From positions 3,232,001 through 3,296,000 of the forward strand of contig OZ250169.1 of assembly GCA_965237955.1 (NCBI GenBank): a stretch of DNA of 64,000 nucleotides, in the 5' to 3' direction. This document shows positions 41,900-50,517 of this stretch, one piece after another. This DNA comes from Candidatus Marinacidobacterales bacterium. Its GTDB lineage: Bacteria; Acidobacteriota; Vicinamibacteria; Marinacidobacterales; SMYC01. Both the position numbers and the translations under genes were made by a program. The notes below the pieces were generated by a model, which was given only the letters and a program-made list of their open reading frames with translations, ran no database searches and was not told the DNA's origin. Numbering within the stretch: the stretch's first letter is position 1; each line of letters starts with the position of its first letter.

Positions 41900-42664
41900 T
41901 CAACGGCGATTACCGGAATCGATCTCGGACATAACGTAAGAACCGCTCCGCTCGTCTTTCGTGATCTTGAACAGTCCGAGGCGGGCCCCGTCTTCGACGA
42001 GCTCACTGAAATTGGAGTACCCGTAAGCGGTCTCGTTGAACGACGGCTGCTTCCGCTTCGTCGTCTGCTTGACCATCGAGCTCCACAGAATCTGCTTGTC
42101 CTCGCGTCGTAGAGCGGCCATGGCGTCGAGGATCATGGCGAACGCTTTCTGCTTCGTCTTCGGGAGTTTGCTGACGCGCCCGGAAGCGCTCCGTGGCTTG
42201 TTGACGAGATCGTCGTAGAAGATGAACTCGTCGCACGCCGCGGCAAGCAGATCCGAGGTTGACTTTCTGAGGCCTACGCCGATGACGGTCTTGTCGTTCT
42301 CTTTCAGCTTGGACACGAGCGGCGCGAAGTCGCTGTCTCCGGAGACGATCGCGAAGTAGTTGATGTGCTCCTTGGAGTAGCACAGGTCCATCGCATCGAC
42401 GACCATCTTGATGTCCGCGCTGTTTTTTCCGCTGTAGCGCCGTTGTGGAATGTCGGTGAGCTCGATGCCGGCTTCGTGCAGGGGTTTCTTGTACTTCTTG
42501 TAGACCGCCCAGTCCGCGTAGGCCTTCTTGACGACGATCTTTCCCTTCTCCACGAGACGAGCGAGCACGTGGCCGATCTCGAACGCCTGGAGCTTGGACT
42601 CCTCGGCGCCGAGGGCGACGTTCTCGAGGTCGATGAACAGAGCCAGCTTTGGTTCTTCGGGCAT
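41900..42664 (-). CDS. NYN (LabA/DUF88) domain protein with OST-HTH
   Basis: LFIDLEN, KNSADIKMVVDAMD, SGDSDF, FNETAYGYSNFSEL. Confidence 0.9.
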   Translation of the reverse strand: MPEEPKLALFIDLENVALGAEESKLQAFEIGHVLARLVEKGKIVVKKAYADWAVYKKYKKPLHEAGIELTDIPQRRYSGKNSADIKMVVDAMDLCYSKEHINYFAIVSGDSDFAPLVSKLKENDKTVIGVGLRKSTSDLLAAACDEFIFYDDLVNKPRSASGRVSKLPKTKQKAFAMILDAMAALRREDKQILWSSMVKQTTKRKQPSFNETAYGYSNFSELVEDGARLGLFKITKDERSGSYVMSEIDSGNRR

Positions 42665-42682
42665 GGAGCAGAATGTAGCAGA

Positions 42683-43624
42683 TTACGTGCGCGAGCGCTC
42701 GCGTGTGGCCGGGCAGCACCCGGCATCGCAAGCGGGTCCTGGTGCTTCGACGAGCTCCCTAACCATGCGAACGAAACGCGGATGGGTGCCGACGGTTTTC
42801 GCTCGGACCACGCGAAGACCCAGCTCGTCGGCGAGATCCTTGGCTTCGACGTCGAGGTCGTAGACGACTTCCATGTGGTCGCACACGAAACCGATGGGTG
42901 CGATGGCGACATCGCGCACTCCCTCTCGGTGAACCTCGCGCATGGCGTCGAGCACGTCTGGACCGAGCCACGGTACAGAAGGCGGTCCGCTCCTGCTCTG
43001 GTACACGAGCCGCGCGTCGAGATCACCCCGGAGTCGTGCCTTCATGCGTTCGAGCTCGGCGGCATAGTCGCAGGTCGACGCCATCGATTCGGGAAGGCTG
43101 TGCGCGGTGAACAACACCGTCGGACTCTTGGCGCCGAGCTCCGAGAGCGCATCGCGCAACCGCTCACGGTTCGCTTCGATGAAGCCTGGGTGGTCGCAAA
43201 ACGGGGGAATCTTCGCAACGCGCGGCACACCGTCGCCGACGTCGGCACGGGCCGCCTCGATGTTCTCGAGGTACTGTCGGCAGCTCGAGTACGAGCTGTA
43301 CGCCGACGTCACGAACGCGATAGCGCGCTCGATGCCCGCGCTCGCCATCTCGGAAAGCGTGTCCGCAAGAAACGGGTGCCAGTTCCGATTCCCCCAGTAC
43401 ACGGTAAGCTCGGGGATTTCTGAGCGGATCGCCTCGACGAGCGCGCGCGTTTCCGCATTGATGGGACTCACGCCCCCGAAACGCTGGTACCGATCCGCCA
43501 CGAGCTGCAATCGCTTCTCCGGAACGTCTCTGCCACGCGCGACATTCCGAAGAAACGGCATGACATCGTCCGGCTTTTCCGGTCCTCCAAAGGATACAAC
43601 TAGGACTGCGTCGTAGTTGTGCAT
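42683..43624 (-). CDS. hemH: Ferrochelatase
   Basis: SFGGPE, GGVSPIN, RNWHP, FTAHSLP, YQSRSG, WLGP, GFVCDHMEVVYDLD. Confidence 0.93.
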   Translation of the reverse strand: MHNYDAVLVVSFGGPEKPDDVMPFLRNVARGRDVPEKRLQLVADRYQRFGGVSPINAETRALVEAIRSEIPELTVYWGNRNWHPFLADTLSEMASAGIERAIAFVTSAYSSYSSCRQYLENIEAARADVGDGVPRVAKIPPFCDHPGFIEANRERLRDALSELGAKSPTVLFTAHSLPESMASTCDYAAELERMKARLRGDLDARLVYQSRSGPPSVPWLGPDVLDAMREVHREGVRDVAIAPIGFVCDHMEVVYDLDVEAKDLADELGLRVVRAKTVGTHPRFVRMVRELVEAPGPACDAGCCPATRERSRT

Positions 43625-43661
43625 CCTGAGAAATCTACCATGCGGTTGCGTTCGACGCGGG

Positions 43662-43804
43662 GCATCCAGCATTCAGCATCCAGCATCCAGTTCACTTTAC
43701 GCCCCACCGGTAATCAGCGTTTCTCGTCGGCGCGGCCCACCCGTTAAGCGAAATCGACTGTTACCGGCACGGCGCGAGTTGAACTGAATGCTGAATGCTG
43801 AATC
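43662..43804. repeat. REPIN-like element: inverted heptamer arrays (CAGCATY)n ... (GAATGCT)n
   Basis: GCATCCAGCATTCAGCATCCAGCATCCAGTTCA and TGAACTGAATGCTGAATGCTGAATC, with an internal CCGGTAA/TTACCGG stem. Confidence 0.7.
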
Positions 43805-44670
43805 TAGCCCAATATAAGACCTACCCCGACCATCATGACCAGTACCGCCACCACCTGAACGGGGCGCACGCGCTCTCCGAAGACGACGCGCCCTAACGTC
43901 ACGGCCATGATGGTGCCGAGCGAGCGTTTGAACGCTTCCACGACCGAGACGAACACTCGCTGGATCGCGAGGAGTTGGAACAACAGCGCCACGGTCACCG
44001 CGATCATCGAGCCGACCAGGAGCCATCCATGGCTCCGAGCACCTCGCAGTGCGTCGAGACGTCCCTGTAGCCACAGAATCACGAGCGCGCCGACGGCGAC
44101 GCCGAGCGTCATGACGTTCGCGTGGAACAACACGCTTGCATGCGTCAACGCTAGCTTGTCCAACGGGCCGGAGAGCGACCACATCAACGCCACGCCGACC
44201 ATCACCAGTGCTCCCTTCTCCTGGAACAAGCCCGCAAACGGTCGGCGGACGTTGGCGTTGCTTCCGAGAGCCGTCGCGCCCGCCACGACGAGGAGAATGC
44301 CGGCGGTTTGAGCGCGGCTCGGCACTTCGCCGAGGAGCGGGATGGCCATGAGCGCAGTGAACGCCGGGGTAAGCGACAAAAGCGGTATGGTCCGGCTCAA
44401 CGGCGACAAACGGACCGAGTGGATGAACGCGAAGTTTCCCGCCAAATTCAGAGCGAGCGCTCCGAGACCGGGAAGCAAGTATCCGATCGAGACGCTTCCG
44501 ATGCCCTGGAATGCGATCAGGATCGCGATAAAGGGAACCGCACCGAGCGACATGAAAAAGACGAGCGCGAGCGCGTCGACGCGACCAGCCAGTAGCTTTC
44601 GGATGAGGTCGAGGCTCGCGAACGCGAGGCCCGACAGGACCATGTAGATGATGTGGATCGAGAGCACCAC
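43804..44670 (-). CDS. DMT/EamA family transporter
   Basis: About 10 TM segments in two EamA repeats (LLGE, VFGE). Confidence 0.85.
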   Translation of the reverse strand: MVLSIHIIYMVLSGLAFASLDLIRKLLAGRVDALALVFFMSLGAVPFIAILIAFQGIGSVSIGYLLPGLGALALNLAGNFAFIHSVRLSPLSRTIPLLSLTPAFTALMAIPLLGEVPSRAQTAGILLVVAGATALGSNANVRRPFAGLFQEKGALVMVGVALMWSLSGPLDKLALTHASVLFHANVMTLGVAVGALVILWLQGRLDALRGARSHGWLLVGSMIAVTVALLFQLLAIQRVFVSVVEAFKRSLGTIMAVTLGRVVFGERVRPVQVVAVLVMMVGVGLILG

Positions 44671-44683
44671 GGACGGCGCGACG

Positions 44684-46093
44684 TCAGACTGTCGGTAGCT
44701 CGGCCTGTTCGAGCTGGACGCGAATGCGCTCCAGGAACTGAAATCCGGTGGCGCCGTCGATCACACGGTGATCGAATGTGAGAGCGAGGACCATGATCGG
44801 CCGAATCGCGATGGCATCCTCGACGACGACGGGTTTTTTCTGGATCGCGCCGAGCCCGAGGATCGCGACCTGGGGTTGCGCGATCATGGGAGTGCCGGTA
44901 AGACCACCGAACATTCCGGGATTGGTGATGGTGAACGTCGCGCCTTGAACGTCCACGGGAAGCAGACCCCGCGTGCGTGCCTTCTCCGCGACGGTGTGAA
45001 TACCACGGGCAAGGCCGGTGAAGTTCATCTCGTCGGCATTGCGGATGACGGGGACGATGAGCCCCTGCTCGAGAGCAACGGCGATACCGAGGTGAACGTG
45101 TTTTTTGAAAGCGATCTGATCGCCTATTACCGACAAGTTGAAGATCGGGAACTCCTTGAGAGCGCGAATGGTCGCATCCGCCACGAAGGGAAGGAACGTG
45201 AGCGGGACGCCGTTCGTTTCTTCGAATCGGGCCCGATGCTCGTCGCGATAGCGGACGATACGATGCATATCGCACTCGGTGAACGACGTGACTTGAGCCG
45301 AGATTTGCTGGCTCCAGATCATGTGCTCGGCGATCTGTTGCCGCATGGTGTTCATCGGCACGAGCATGTCGTCGGGCTCAGGCTGATAGAGGTATTGAGC
45401 CGGTGGTGTTGCGGTCGTTCCCTGGGCTTGCGACACGGCAGCCGTTGCCGGCGGCGCCGGCTTCGGTGCGATGACGGCCGGTGGTGGCGACGCACCGGCC
45501 GCGGGTCGTCGCTCGAGATAGCCGAGAACATCTTTCTTGGTGATGCGTCCACCGCGCCCCGAGCCCGGGATCGAAAAGAGCTCTTCCAAGGGGAGGTTGT
45601 GCTTCGCCGCAAGCGCGGCCACGACAGGTGAGAGTTGTCCGTGCCGCGTACCGGCGGCTGCGGCAGGGGTTTTCTGAGTTTCTGGGGACGGCGGAGGCGG
45701 CGGCGACGGTGGTGGTGGCGTGGCGTGTTGTTTGTCGCGACGCTGGAACGTCTGCGGCTGGTGAGACGAGCGGAAGTGACCGCCTCCTTCAGTGGTTTGC
45801 TCCGCTTTCGGTACGGTTTCCTGGGTGGTTGCGGCCGTGGAAGTGGCGACGGCCTTGCCATCACCGACCATACCCACGATGGTTCCGACCGCGACGGTCT
45901 CGCCTTCTTGAACCAGGATTTGCTCGAGGACACCGGCCGCGGGCGACGGGACTTCGGTGTCTACTTTGTCGGTCGTAATCTCGAACAGCGGCTCGTCGCG
46001 CTCGACGCGGTCGCCTGGTTTCTTGTGCCACTTGGTGATCGTGCCTTCGGCGATGCTTTCGCCCATCTGAGGCATGACGACTTGGGTGGACAT
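44684..46093 (-). CDS. 2-oxoacid dehydrogenase E2, dihydrolipoamide acyltransferase
   Basis: Lipoyl motif ITTDKVDTE, E3-binding GSGRGGRITKKD, catalytic DHRVIDGA; start at MSTQVVMP. Confidence 0.92.
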   Translation of the reverse strand: MSTQVVMPQMGESIAEGTITKWHKKPGDRVERDEPLFEITTDKVDTEVPSPAAGVLEQILVQEGETVAVGTIVGMVGDGKAVATSTAATTQETVPKAEQTTEGGGHFRSSHQPQTFQRRDKQHATPPPPSPPPPPSPETQKTPAAAAGTRHGQLSPVVAALAAKHNLPLEELFSIPGSGRGGRITKKDVLGYLERRPAAGASPPPAVIAPKPAPPATAAVSQAQGTTATPPAQYLYQPEPDDMLVPMNTMRQQIAEHMIWSQQISAQVTSFTECDMHRIVRYRDEHRARFEETNGVPLTFLPFVADATIRALKEFPIFNLSVIGDQIAFKKHVHLGIAVALEQGLIVPVIRNADEMNFTGLARGIHTVAEKARTRGLLPVDVQGATFTITNPGMFGGLTGTPMIAQPQVAILGLGAIQKKPVVVEDAIAIRPIMVLALTFDHRVIDGATGFQFLERIRVQLEQAELPTV

Positions 46094-46098
46094 GGTGT

Positions 46099-47073
46099 TC
46101 AGTGCTCCAATAACTGCTTGGCTGTCGTCTCGATTTTTTCCGCCGACGGGAGAACCGCGTCTTCGAGAATAGGGCTGAAAGGAATTGGTACATCGAGTGA
46201 GCCGATACGTTTCACCGGCGCATCGAGAGCGTCCCAAGCTTCCTCGACAATGATGGACGCGACTTCGCCGCCGAAACCTGACGTCAGGTGCGCCTCGTGC
46301 ACGACGAGGGCCTTTCCCGTTTTCCGAACGCTCGTAAGGAACGTCTCCTTGTCCAAAGGGGCGAGACTTCTGAGATCGATGACCTCGATGTCGGCGCCCT
46401 TCTCCGCGAGACGCTCTGCCACGTCGAGGCATGTGTGCACCATCGCGCCGTAAGTCACGATGGTGAGATCGTTTCCCTCGCGTTTGACGTCCGCGACGCC
46501 GAGGGGCACTTCGTAATCGTCCTCGGGGACGTCCTCGCGGATACGCCGGTACAGATGTTTGTGCTCGAGGTAGATGACCGGATTGTTGTCGCGGATGGCA
46601 GCCTTCAGCATGCCTTTGGCTTCATAAGGCGTCGAAGGCTGAACGACTTTGAGTCCGGCGACATGAGTAAACCAGGCTTCCGGGTTTTGGGAGTGAAAGG
46701 GCCCGCCGCGGAACCCGCCGCCGGACGGACCGCGCAGTACCACCGGTACGGGAATCCCCCAACGGTAGTAGCACTTCGCGGCGAAGTTGACGATTTGGTC
46801 GAACGCGCACGCGATGAAATCGGCGAATTGAAACTCCACCACGGGCCTAAAGCCCATAATGGCCGCACCACAGGCAGCGCCGGTAAACCCGGACTCGGAA
46901 ATCGGCGTATCGATGACCCGCTCTTCACCGAACTCCTCGACGAAGCCCTGGGTGACCTTGAACGCACCCCCGAAAACACCGATGTCTTCGCCCATGAGAA
47001 ACACAGCGGGATCGCGGCGCATCTCTTCGCGGAGCGCCTGGCTGATAGCGTCCAAATAGGTGACTACGGCCAT
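46099..47073 (-). CDS. 2-oxoacid dehydrogenase E1 beta subunit
   Basis: GEDIG, DTPISE, EFQFADF, HSQNPE, EVIDLRSL. Confidence 0.93.
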   Translation of the reverse strand: MAVVTYLDAISQALREEMRRDPAVFLMGEDIGVFGGAFKVTQGFVEEFGEERVIDTPISESGFTGAACGAAIMGFRPVVEFQFADFIACAFDQIVNFAAKCYYRWGIPVPVVLRGPSGGGFRGGPFHSQNPEAWFTHVAGLKVVQPSTPYEAKGMLKAAIRDNNPVIYLEHKHLYRRIREDVPEDDYEVPLGVADVKREGNDLTIVTYGAMVHTCLDVAERLAEKGADIEVIDLRSLAPLDKETFLTSVRKTGKALVVHEAHLTSGFGGEVASIIVEEAWDALDAPVKRIGSLDVPIPFSPILEDAVLPSAEKIETTAKQLLEH

Positions 47074-47096
47074 AAAACGGCGCAGTATATCATGCG

Positions 47097-47130
47097 GCCT
47101 GACACGGCGGATTCCCTCGCCGTGTCAGGC
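47097..47130. promoter_or_regulatory. 13-bp-stem hairpin upstream of E1 beta
   Basis: GCCTGACACGGCG-N8-CGCCGTGTCAGGC; no U-tract. Confidence 0.45.
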
Positions 47131-47276
47131 GGCGCCATCCGCCAGGGGACTATCTGAAGCGCTTTCTTCTACAGTCCCACTTTAGGGTTGTTTCTTCGGT
47201 CGCCGCTCCTGCGTGATACCTGGGAATCGTTCGAGCCGTGGGAATCGTCGGAACGAAGGCCGTCTGCGGCGAACGG

Positions 47277-48090
47277 TCACGAACCCACCGGCGCGCTCGG
47301 CGAACCCGCGAGGGCGAAATAGTTCAGGTCCTCGATCCTCTCGAGAAACGGGGTTCGCCACAGCCATCGCAAATATCGGACGCCGAAACGCCGCTCCTGA
47401 TAGTAGTTCGGGTACGCCTGCCGAATAGCGCGGGCGGCTTTCTTCAGGTTGTACCAGGGCATGGCGGGGGCGACGTGATGCGGGATGTGGATAGTTCCGT
47501 AGCACCAGACGTACTCGAGCCACCGTGGAAATCGAACGTCGAACGTCGACACCAGTTGTCCGCGAACCGGCGTCCACCCGTCCGCCTCGTACCAGAGGCT
47601 GTTCTCGTTCGCATGCTGGATCGTGACAATGACCCAGCTCGTAACCATGGCCGCGGTTGCCGGCACACCGTGGTACTTGAGCGCCCCCCAAAAGCCGAAC
47701 CAATACCACAACCCGCCGTAGATCCCGGCGAGCGCCACGCCCATCGCCGCGTTGGAGCAGAAGAGAGGCCACCGCTCCCGGGCCAGTGGCCCCGCGGCGA
47801 ACATCTGGTGCAACATGAAGACGCGTCGAATGGTGTTCCAGGCGATCCAGAGGAAGATGCCGCAGGGCACGGCGTAGCCCACGCGCGTCATCACGGACGG
47901 ACGAGAGTTGGGCGACTCGAACTCGTCCCGAGTGACCAGGTAGCCGGCCCAGTCGACGTCGTGGCCGCGAAGCTGGGTGAACGCATGGTGGCGCTCGTGC
48001 GTGAGCCTCCAGGAATGAAAACTGTTCGCGAGCGGCGCCAGACATAACCATCCGACGAGACTATTGAACCGTCGGCTCGACGAAAACGAG
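47277..48090 (-). pseudogene. Membrane fatty acid desaturase, 5'-truncated by IS
   Basis: His boxes HERHH, QH and HIPHH; the first His box is lost at the IS junction. Confidence 0.8.
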
Positions 48091-49179
48091 CTGCCTTGGT
48101 GCACAACTCGCGATCTCGGTCCACAATTGTCCTTTACTCACGGATTCGAGGTTCCCCATGAGCATTTTCAAACGCACTCAGCGGAAGTATGTGAAGAAGG
48201 CCTATCGCGTGAGGAATTGGCGTGAATATGAGGCGGGTCTACGCAACCGTGGGAGCCTGACCGTCTGGATCTCGCTCACCGCCGGCAAGCTTGTGAACTG
48301 GGACGCGCCCCGGCCGAGGAGGAGGAAACCGGGCCGTCAACGCAAGTACTCGAACCACGCCATCGAGACGGCTGTCACCCTGGGCATGGTGTTTCATCTG
48401 TCATCTAGGCAGAGCGAGGGATTGCTGCGATCGTTGTTCGCTCTGATGAAGCTAGACAATGATGTGCCCGATCACACCACGATTTCGAGGCGCAAGGCGA
48501 AGCTGGGTAAGGTCCCCTTCTACCAAGACAAGCAGAAGACGCCGTTGCACATCTTGATCGACAGCAGCGGTCTCGCTGTCCACGCCGGCCAGCTGCGCAG
48601 AGCACCAAAGAGCAGGGACTATCGCAAGCTCCATCTGTGTGTCGACGAGCAGACTGGCGAAGTCGTCGCCGGCGAGCTGACGAGCAAAAGAGCCCGCGAT
48701 TCATCGCGGGTTGCATCGCTTGTCGGACAGATCGACAGTCCCATCTCATCTGCCAGAGCTGACACCGCATACGACGCCAGCGGCGTCTATGAGGCGATCG
48801 AGAATCACAGCGCTCATCGCTCGCCGAGGGTGCTGATACCGCCGCGCAAGGGCGCCCAGCTCGCATCGGGGCCGGCGAGCAGCCGACAGCGCAATCGCAA
48901 CATTGCAGCACAAGCTCGGCTCGGCAAACGAAAGTGGCACACAGAATCGGGCTACAGCAAACGGAGCAAAGTCGAGACAACGTTCCATCGCTACAAGGCT
49001 ATCGTGGGCTCAGCGATGCGAGCGAGAGGGTTGGCGGCACAGAGAGTCGAGGCAAGGATCGGGTGCAAGATTCTCAACACCATGACGGCGCTCGGGATGC
49101 CTGATAGCGAGATGATCGGATGATGGGAGTCGGGGCCAAGCGAGCTCTCGGCCTCTATCGGAGTTGTGCACCAAGGCAG
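48091..49179 (+). mobile_element. IS5-family (IS903-like) element
   Basis: 19-bp perfect inverted ends CTGCCTTGGTGCACAACTC / GAGTTGTGCACCAAGGCAG; no target duplication visible. Confidence 0.9.
48158..49123 (+). CDS. IS5-family transposase
   Basis: YRVRNWREYEAGLRNRGSLTVW, PDHTTISRR, IDSSG, ADTAYD, YSKRSKVETTF. Confidence 0.92.
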   Translation: MSIFKRTQRKYVKKAYRVRNWREYEAGLRNRGSLTVWISLTAGKLVNWDAPRPRRRKPGRQRKYSNHAIETAVTLGMVFHLSSRQSEGLLRSLFALMKLDNDVPDHTTISRRKAKLGKVPFYQDKQKTPLHILIDSSGLAVHAGQLRRAPKSRDYRKLHLCVDEQTGEVVAGELTSKRARDSSRVASLVGQIDSPISSARADTAYDASGVYEAIENHSAHRSPRVLIPPRKGAQLASGPASSRQRNRNIAAQARLGKRKWHTESGYSKRSKVETTFHRYKAIVGSAMRARGLAAQRVEARIGCKILNTMTALGMPDSEMIG

Positions 49180-50517
49180 GATGTTGCCGGTAAAAAACGG
49201 CGGCTCCGCCTTCTGGTCGAAGACGAGGTTGAGCGCGTCGATGAGTGCCGGAGTGGAGCGGAAATTCTCGACGAGGGGCACCATCGCGCTTCTCGCCACG
49301 AGCGCGCTCCGCGCTTCGAGGTACACGTGCACGTCGGCACCAAGAAAACCGTAGATGGCCTGCTTGGGGTCGCCTATTAGTCTCAACGGTGTTTTGGCGC
49401 CGTCGACGAAGAAGACCTTCCGGAAGATACTCCACTGTATCTCGTCGGTATCCTGGAACTCGTCGATGAGAACCGAGCGGTAGCGAGCTCGAAGCATCCG
49501 GGTAAGCTCGGCGCCGCGCGGGCCGTCGAGGCTCTCGTCGACGCGGCTCAACATGTCGTCGAAATCGAAAAGACCTTCCTCTCGCTTCATACGAGCGAGA
49601 CGGTCCATGACGAGCGGAAGAAACTGCACGACCACCGCCCTCGACAATGACGGCGCCGCAACCGCAAGCTCGGCAAGCTCGTCGGGGCCCCCGAGCTGGG
49701 CATTCAGGTAGCGAAGCTCGACGTCGTCGAGCACGGCGACATTGTGAGCTCGTTGATAGTTCGCGAGGGCGTCGTGCACGCCCTCCAGGTTCCGGAGCAC
49801 TTTTGCGATCGACCCGCGCCGGACGCCCGCGTCGACGAGCTCGGCCGACGACATCCTTGTCGTTTTGAAACTGGAGGCGACGTTTTCGAGGTGCGTCGCG
49901 TCGAAACCGGGAATGACCGGCGCACGCTGCCGCGAGGATTCGTAGAGAAGCTCCTCGAGAGCGTGGACGCTGGATTGCTGAACTTCCAGCCAAGCGAGGA
50001 GATACGGTAGAAGCTCCTCACGTCGGGCGAGCTCGGTGCGGAGAACGTCTTTGAACGCTCGCGAGAATGCCTCGCGCTCGTCGATGTGGCGTTCGTCGAA
50101 AAGATCACCGTTGAGAAACGCGTTCTCCATCAAGATGGAGTGACAGAAACCGTGGATGGTCGCAATCGAGGCACGATCGAACTCGATGCGGGCTGTTTCG
50201 AGCCGTTCACGAGTCGTATCGTCCAAGACCCAGCAGTTCTCGGGCGAGAGCGTGGTGGTCGTGTGCTCGAGCGCTAAGAGCTCGCTTATCTTCGACCGGA
50301 TGCGCCGTTTGAGCTCTGCCGTCGCTCTCTCGGTGAAGGTAACGACGAGGATCTCGTCGATGCTCGTACCGCGAGTAATGAGGTCCACGACGAGGTGCTC
50401 GATGGTGTGAGTCTTTCCCGTTCCCGCGGAGGCTTCAATGATCGCGTGCCCATACTCGGGAATTCGGATCACGGCTTCCGGCTTGGGATAGCGCGGAAAA
50501 TCGCGGGGAGTGCTCAC
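49180..50517 (-). pseudogene. recB: Exonuclease V beta subunit, 3'-truncated by IS
   Basis: IEASAGTGKT, VTFTERAT, TIHGFC, IDEFQDT, GDPKQAIY, NFRS; C-terminal helicase and nuclease domains absent. Confidence 0.85.

Noticed and set aside
33364-42664. ABC-ATPase and NYN proteins as a defence system
   Set aside because: They are not adjacent, both are widespread stand-alone families, and they sit in a housekeeping context.
44684-46432. N-terminally extended E2 (582 aa)
   Set aside because: The extension overlaps E1 beta in another frame; the real start is 46093.
44684-47100. Absence of E1 alpha as a deletion event
   Set aside because: E1 beta has its own plausible -10 element, and E1 alpha may be encoded elsewhere; this cannot be judged from the window.
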